Source: Dipteris shenzhenensis (Eukaryota). Taken from it: 64,000 nucleotides of DNA. The DNA lies in NCBI GenBank assembly GCA_047967505.1, contig CM106538.1; one strand, 5' to 3'. Made by a program: the position numbers and the translations under genes. Below, in pieces: positions 62,745 to 64,000 of this stretch (position 1 is its first letter; each line of letters starts with the position of its first letter). Below the pieces are notes generated by a model that searched no databases, was not told the DNA's origin, and saw only the letters and a program-made list of their open reading frames with translations.

Positions 62745-62872
62745 GAGTACGCTCCACAATTGTAGCCCTTTCTCCTCTATATACCTACAGATGAATGCCA
62801 CCCACACTTGATACACACCAAGAGTGTGACCACACCAGACGAGCTTATACCAAAGAGTGAAGGGAAGGCGAC

Positions 62873-63050
62873 AGTTTCACAACTATGACCCTTGCAAGCC
62901 CTTGCTTCTATTTTTTCCTCTAGATACCTAGTAAAGTATGAAGCTCCATGCACTTATCGTCGACAGCAAGAGCGGTAGTTTCATAACTATGACCCTTGCA
63001 AGCCCTTGCTTTCTATGTTCTCCTACCTACAAATGAAGCTCCATGCACTC
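62873..63050. repeat. Tandem ~105-bp duplication upstream of the Cys-rich gene
   Basis: agtttca(c/t)aactatgacccttgcaagcccttgctt...atgaagctccatgcact occurs twice. Confidence 0.8.
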
Positions 63051-63907
63051 CACACCAAGAGCGTAACCAACTTTGCTTTTGGCCAGCAGAAATTAGCTAT
63101 ATTTGTTTGGAATTGAGAATTTAGTATTTTGTTATTGGATGGCGCACATGCAACCAATGCTCAAATATGGTTTGTGCCCTGAGCCTCAGAGCTTCCCCTT
63201 GTCTTCCCTTCCACTCTCGCATTTGGACCTTCTTCGCCATAGCCTCCCCATCTTCAAGGTAGCTTCGCTTTTCCGCATTTCTCCATTTCCTCTGCTTTTC
63301 CTCTCAGCAATTAGATCTCTTGCTCCCATCATTGGCGTGCGCCCCCCCTTCAATTCCGGTAGACTTCGTCTTCTCAACGCGATCCGGTCAGCAGTCCCAA
63401 TTGAGCACCACCAGCTGGAGCTGTCGCCATCGCCCATCCCCCCTTCCTCTTGCGTTTGGGCCTTCCATTCTCCCTCACTCGATGGCTCTGACGAACCTAG
63501 CTTGCAACCCGCTTTGCAGCAGGCCTCTGCCTCGGTGGAGCAGGTAGCTTCTGTGTCACCGATGCAAGGTTCACATATTGGTGAATTTGTCACCATAAGG
63601 TATGCTGCTCAATTGTGGGTGAGGGCTTGCTTTAATTAAGTTCTTGTCATTTTGATCCAAGGAGCTCAACCACTTGCCACTTCGGCTGTGTATGCCACGA
63701 ATATTACGATTTTTTCTTTTGCTAATTCTCATTTTTATGTACTTTGCACCGGTGGTTTTTGGCCTGCCATATATGGAGCCTTAAGTGGAGCCTATGGGCA
63801 TTTCAAAAGCTCATTTTTTAAGGGATTCCAGCCGCATGGAGCCACACCAATGCTTCAAATCCTCTCTCTCTCTTTCTCCCTCTCTCATTGCTAATTTCTT
63901 CCCTTCA

Positions 63908-63940
<33 letters not shown>

Positions 63941-64000
63941 GGACACCCACCTATGCCTTCTCTAGCTCATCACTTGGATTGGTGGATACCCATGGAATGG

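Noticed and set aside
63103-63639. 178-aa and 136-aa overlapping ORFs
   Set aside because: No recognisable motif or supported exon structure; it cannot be assigned at the window edge.

Overview
This is eukaryotic, repeat-rich land-plant DNA. A large-genome fern is my inference from the transposon families and intron sizes. The backbone is the 3' part of one plus-strand host gene, TRAPPC13. Nine coding exons can be traced with GT-AG sites and consistent phase from 8944 to the stop at 54781. They include a 15-nt micro-exon and a 33-kb intron (9835-42862) filled with nested retroelements. The window holds five Ty1/Copia elements or remnants, two L1-clade LINEs, several RTE-like LINE fragments, a Mutator-like foldback element and many microsatellites. 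Downstream of the gene lie a degenerate, divergently arranged gene pair and a small secreted cysteine-rich peptide gene. One member of the pair has a ParB/Srx-like DGNHR motif, and the two flank palindromic sites. Three patterns stand out. (1) A covarying 3' hairpin is shared by RTE-like LINEs and ORF1-only non-autonomous elements that sit in (AG)n tracts. (2) Dense CCGTAC/GTAC arrays occur in the 5' leaders of four unrelated retroelements. (3) The ParB-like/transposase-like divergent pair flanks repeated palindromes. Family assignments come from motif recognition only; no database search was run.
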